From assembly GCA_028280515.1 (NCBI GenBank), contig JANQLP010000162.1, positions 58,092 through 90,091 on the forward strand: a DNA stretch of 32,000 nt, given 5' to 3'. Under the pieces are notes generated by a model. It ran no database searches. It was not told the origin of the DNA and saw nothing but the letters and a program-made list of their open reading frames with translations. Source of the DNA: Hyphomicrobiales bacterium (GTDB lineage: Bacteria > Pseudomonadota > Alphaproteobacteria > Rhizobiales > Methyloligellaceae). A program made the position numbers and the translations under genes. Shown here one piece after another: positions 29,588 to 32,000 of the stretch (position 1 is its first letter; each line of letters begins with the position of its first letter).

Positions 29588-30313
29588 GTGCTTACAAACT
29601 CTCTCGGCCAGCCCATTGGCCATCCAGTCCCGGACTGGCAACCCGTTTCGCCACCGCCTCATACACCGATGGAAGGGGCATTCTGCCGTGTTGAACCGCT
29701 CGATATCGATGTTCATGCAAGCGCGCTGTTCAAGGCTTTTCGCATGGACAAGGACAACCGGAACTGGACCTATCTCGGTTATGGCCCGTTCGAGACCGAA
29801 GCCGGTCTCCGCGACTGGATGGCTGCATCCTGCACGGGCAATGATCCCTTCTTTCATGCGATTGTGGACAACGACACGGACGACGCCGTCGGCGTCGCGA
29901 GCTACCTCCGGATCGAGCCGGCAGTCGGCGTTATCGAAACCGGGCACATTCACTATTCACCCCTGCTGCAACGCCGGCCCGCCGCCACCGAGGCGATGTT
30001 CCTGATGATGCGGCGGGTCTTTTCCGAGCTCGGCTATCGCCGGTATGAGTGGAAATGCGATGCCCTCAATGCGCCGTCACGGCGCGCGGCCGAACGGCTC
30101 GGTTTTCGCTTTGAAGGGATCTTCCGCCAGGCAACGGTCTACAAGGGCCGCAATCGGGATAGCGCCTGGTATTCCATTCTCGACCGCGAATGGCCCTTGC
30201 TCGAGCGTGCCTTTTGCCAGTGGCTCGATCCTGACAATTTCGATGAGCGCGGCCGGCAGAAAACCAGTCTGGCGGCATTCACGGAAAACGTGGAACGGGC
30301 TGAATCCGCTTAG
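29588..30313 (+). CDS. GNAT family N-acetyltransferase (RimJ/RimL type)
   Basis: GQPIGHPVPDWQPVSPPPHTPMEGAFCRVEPLDIDVHASALFKAF..., YRRYEWKCDALNAPSRRAAERLGFRFEGIFRQATVYKGRNRDSAWYSILDREWP. GTG 29588 chosen as start. Confidence 0.9.
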   Translation: MLTNSLGQPIGHPVPDWQPVSPPPHTPMEGAFCRVEPLDIDVHASALFKAFRMDKDNRNWTYLGYGPFETEAGLRDWMAASCTGNDPFFHAIVDNDTDDAVGVASYLRIEPAVGVIETGHIHYSPLLQRRPAATEAMFLMMRRVFSELGYRRYEWKCDALNAPSRRAAERLGFRFEGIFRQATVYKGRNRDSAWYSILDREWPLLERAFCQWLDPDNFDERGRQKTSLAAFTENVERAESA

Positions 30314-30421
30314 CGCAAGGATGCCCGTTCTACGCAACACGGCGCGACCATGTGTATATCGCCGCCCGCACTTGCGGCACGCCGACTGGCAGATCTTCCG
30401 GCTTAAAAGTACAGGCCCTGC

Positions 30422-31123
30422 TTACAGGTCGATCGCTTCCCCGACTTTCGCAACCACCACGTTCTGCCCCTTCGCATGGTCGATGAACTTATCGGGGGTC
30501 TGGTCGATGATCGGGAACGTGCCGTAGTGGATCGGGATCACGGTATCGAACTTGAAGAATTTGCCGCACGCCATCGCCGCGGTGCGCGCGCCCATGGTGA
30601 AGCGGTCACCGACCGGCACGAGCCCGACCTTCGGCTCAAAAATCTCGTTGATCAGGCCCATGTCGCCGAAAATCTCCGTGTCGCCCATGTGATACACGGT
30701 CGGTCCGCCCTTGGAGCGGATCACAAGCCCGCACGGATTACCGAGATAGATGGGCACGCCGTCGACCATGGTGCTGGCGGAGTGGTACGCCTTGACGAAG
30801 CTCACGTCGAAATCGCCGCAATCGATGGTGCCGCCCGGGTTGGCCGGCTCCATTTTTTCCACACCCTTGTTCGCGAGGTGGCTGACCAGTTCGAACACGC
30901 CGATCACGGTCGCATTGGTGCGTTTGGCGATATCGACCGTATCGCCCACATGGTCGTCGTGCCCGTGTGTGAGGGCGATGTGGGTGGTGCCGTCGCGGGC
31001 CTGTTCGATCGGCGTGCCGCTCTCCTCGAAGACGCCGTTTCCGGTCAGGAAAGGATCGATCAGCAGCACGCTCGATCCTGTTTCGATGCGAAAGGCCGAG
31101 TGCCCGAGCCAGGTCAGTTTCAT
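30422..31123 (-). CDS. UPF0173-type metal-dependent hydrolase (MBL fold)
   Basis: MKLTWLGHSAFRIETGSSVLLIDPFLTGN, THIALTHGHDDHVGD, VYHMGDTEIFGDM, IPIHYGTFPIIDQTPDKF. Confidence 0.95.
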   Translation of the reverse strand: MKLTWLGHSAFRIETGSSVLLIDPFLTGNGVFEESGTPIEQARDGTTHIALTHGHDDHVGDTVDIAKRTNATVIGVFELVSHLANKGVEKMEPANPGGTIDCGDFDVSFVKAYHSASTMVDGVPIYLGNPCGLVIRSKGGPTVYHMGDTEIFGDMGLINEIFEPKVGLVPVGDRFTMGARTAAMACGKFFKFDTVIPIHYGTFPIIDQTPDKFIDHAKGQNVVVAKVGEAIDL

Positions 31124-31259
31124 AAGTCCCTCCAATGCGATGTAGGATGGTTGGCGTTGTTTTCAGTATTGCGTGCAGTATAAAGCCGCAACCGGTTCCA
31201 ACAACAAGATCGGGAATTAAATCGGTGCGTTATGCCGCGCCTGTCCTGGACACCACCAT

Positions 31260-31748
31260 ATGGCCGAAACCGAAACGCTGACGCTTGAAGGCCTTGCCGC
31301 GCACCTGCCGGCCGGGACCCGCCTTCTCGGTCTGGACCTCGGCACGAAGACCATCGGCCTCGCCCTCTCCGATACGTCCCGCCGCGTGGCCTCGCCCCTT
31401 GAGACCATCCCCCGGAAGAAATTCACACAAGACGTCAAATTGCTCATGGAAGCCGTCGAAAAGCATGATGTCTCGGCACTTGTCATTGGGCTGCCACTGA
31501 ACCTTGACGGCTCGGAGGGCCCGCGCAGCCAGGCAACCCGGGCATTCGTCCGCAACCTGCGCCAGCACACCGATCTGCCCGTGGTCTATTGGGATGAGCG
31601 CCTGTCGACCGTGGCGGCGGAGCGCACGCTTCTGGAAGCCGACACCAGCCGAAAGCGCCGGGCCGAGGTTATCGACAAGATGGCGGCCGCCTTCATCCTG
31701 CAGGGGGCCCTCGACCGCCTGAGCAACATCGCGGCAAACGAGAGCTGA
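31260..31748 (+). CDS. ruvX: Holliday junction resolvase RuvX (YqgF)
   Basis: [83 protein letters not shown]. Confidence 0.95.
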   Translation: MAETETLTLEGLAAHLPAGTRLLGLDLGTKTIGLALSDTSRRVASPLETIPRKKFTQDVKLLMEAVEKHDVSALVIGLPLNLDGSEGPRSQATRAFVRNLRQHTDLPVVYWDERLSTVAAERTLLEADTSRKRRAEVIDKMAAAFILQGALDRLSNIAANES

Positions 31749-31760
31749 GGAGAACCGGCC

Positions 31761-32000
31761 ATGTCAGGAGTGACCATTCTCGACATCGTTGCGGTGGCCT
31801 GGTTCTTTCTAATGACCATCGGATACGCCTTTGCCACCAACAAGGGCTTCCTGTCCCATGGTGGAATTGTCCAGGCCATCAACCAGAGGCGCGAGGAATG
31901 GATGGCCAACATGGCCATGCGGGACAACCGCATGGTCGACATTCAGGTGCTGGCCAACCTCGCGCGCGGCAATTCGTTCTTCGCCTCGACGTCGGTTCTC
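31761..32000 (+). CDS. DUF599 domain-containing membrane protein, 3' truncated by window end
   Basis: MSGVTILDIVAVAWFFLMTIGYAFATNKGFLSHGGIVQAINQRREEWMANMAMRDNRMVDIQVLANLARGNSFFASTSVL; ORF open to the window end. Confidence 0.8.
   Translation, partial: MSGVTILDIVAVAWFFLMTIGYAFATNKGFLSHGGIVQAINQRREEWMANMAMRDNRMVDIQVLANLARGNSFFASTSVL

Overview
This 32-kb window is GC-rich, looks alphaproteobacterial (Hyphomicrobiales-like) and is densely coding. The clearest specialised system is a five-gene phosphite uptake and oxidation cluster at about 6.0-10.5 kb. It consists of a PhnC/PtxA-type ATPase, PhnD/PtxB-type binding protein, PhnE/PtxC-type permease, a phosphite dehydrogenase (PtxD) and a LysR regulator (PtxE-like), and is preceded by a weak candidate PHO box. 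Just upstream are an Asp/Glu-racemase-family gene and a HAD dehalogenase-family gene divergent from a GntR regulator, with a perfect 19-bp inverted repeat in the GntR/HAD promoter region. Other content: patatin (5' truncated), SDR, UbiG-like methyltransferase, glutathione peroxidase, epoxide hydrolase, a TrpF-like protein lacking the canonical KICG cysteine, a DUF4239-type membrane protein, a DctPQM TRAP transporter, an IalB-family protein, GST, quinone oxidoreductase, a DMT permease and a compact gatC-gatA-ridA-chorismate mutase-gatB cluster. The right side holds a YbaK-type deacylase, a 39-aa small secreted-type ORF, a DapA-family protein, an AT-rich island with an endonuclease/exonuclease/phosphatase-family gene, a GNAT acetyltransferase, an MBL-fold UPF0173 hydrolase, ruvX and a DUF599 protein (3' truncated). 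Non-coding structure includes a cluster of interspersed palindromic repeats (12.2-12.8 kb) flanked by a 14-bp direct repeat, and a pair of tandem long inverted repeats (14.5-14.65 kb). No CRISPR array, rRNA or tRNA was recognised. I found no wholly unprecedented system. The ptx locus and the divergent TrpF-like gene are the best candidates for follow-up.
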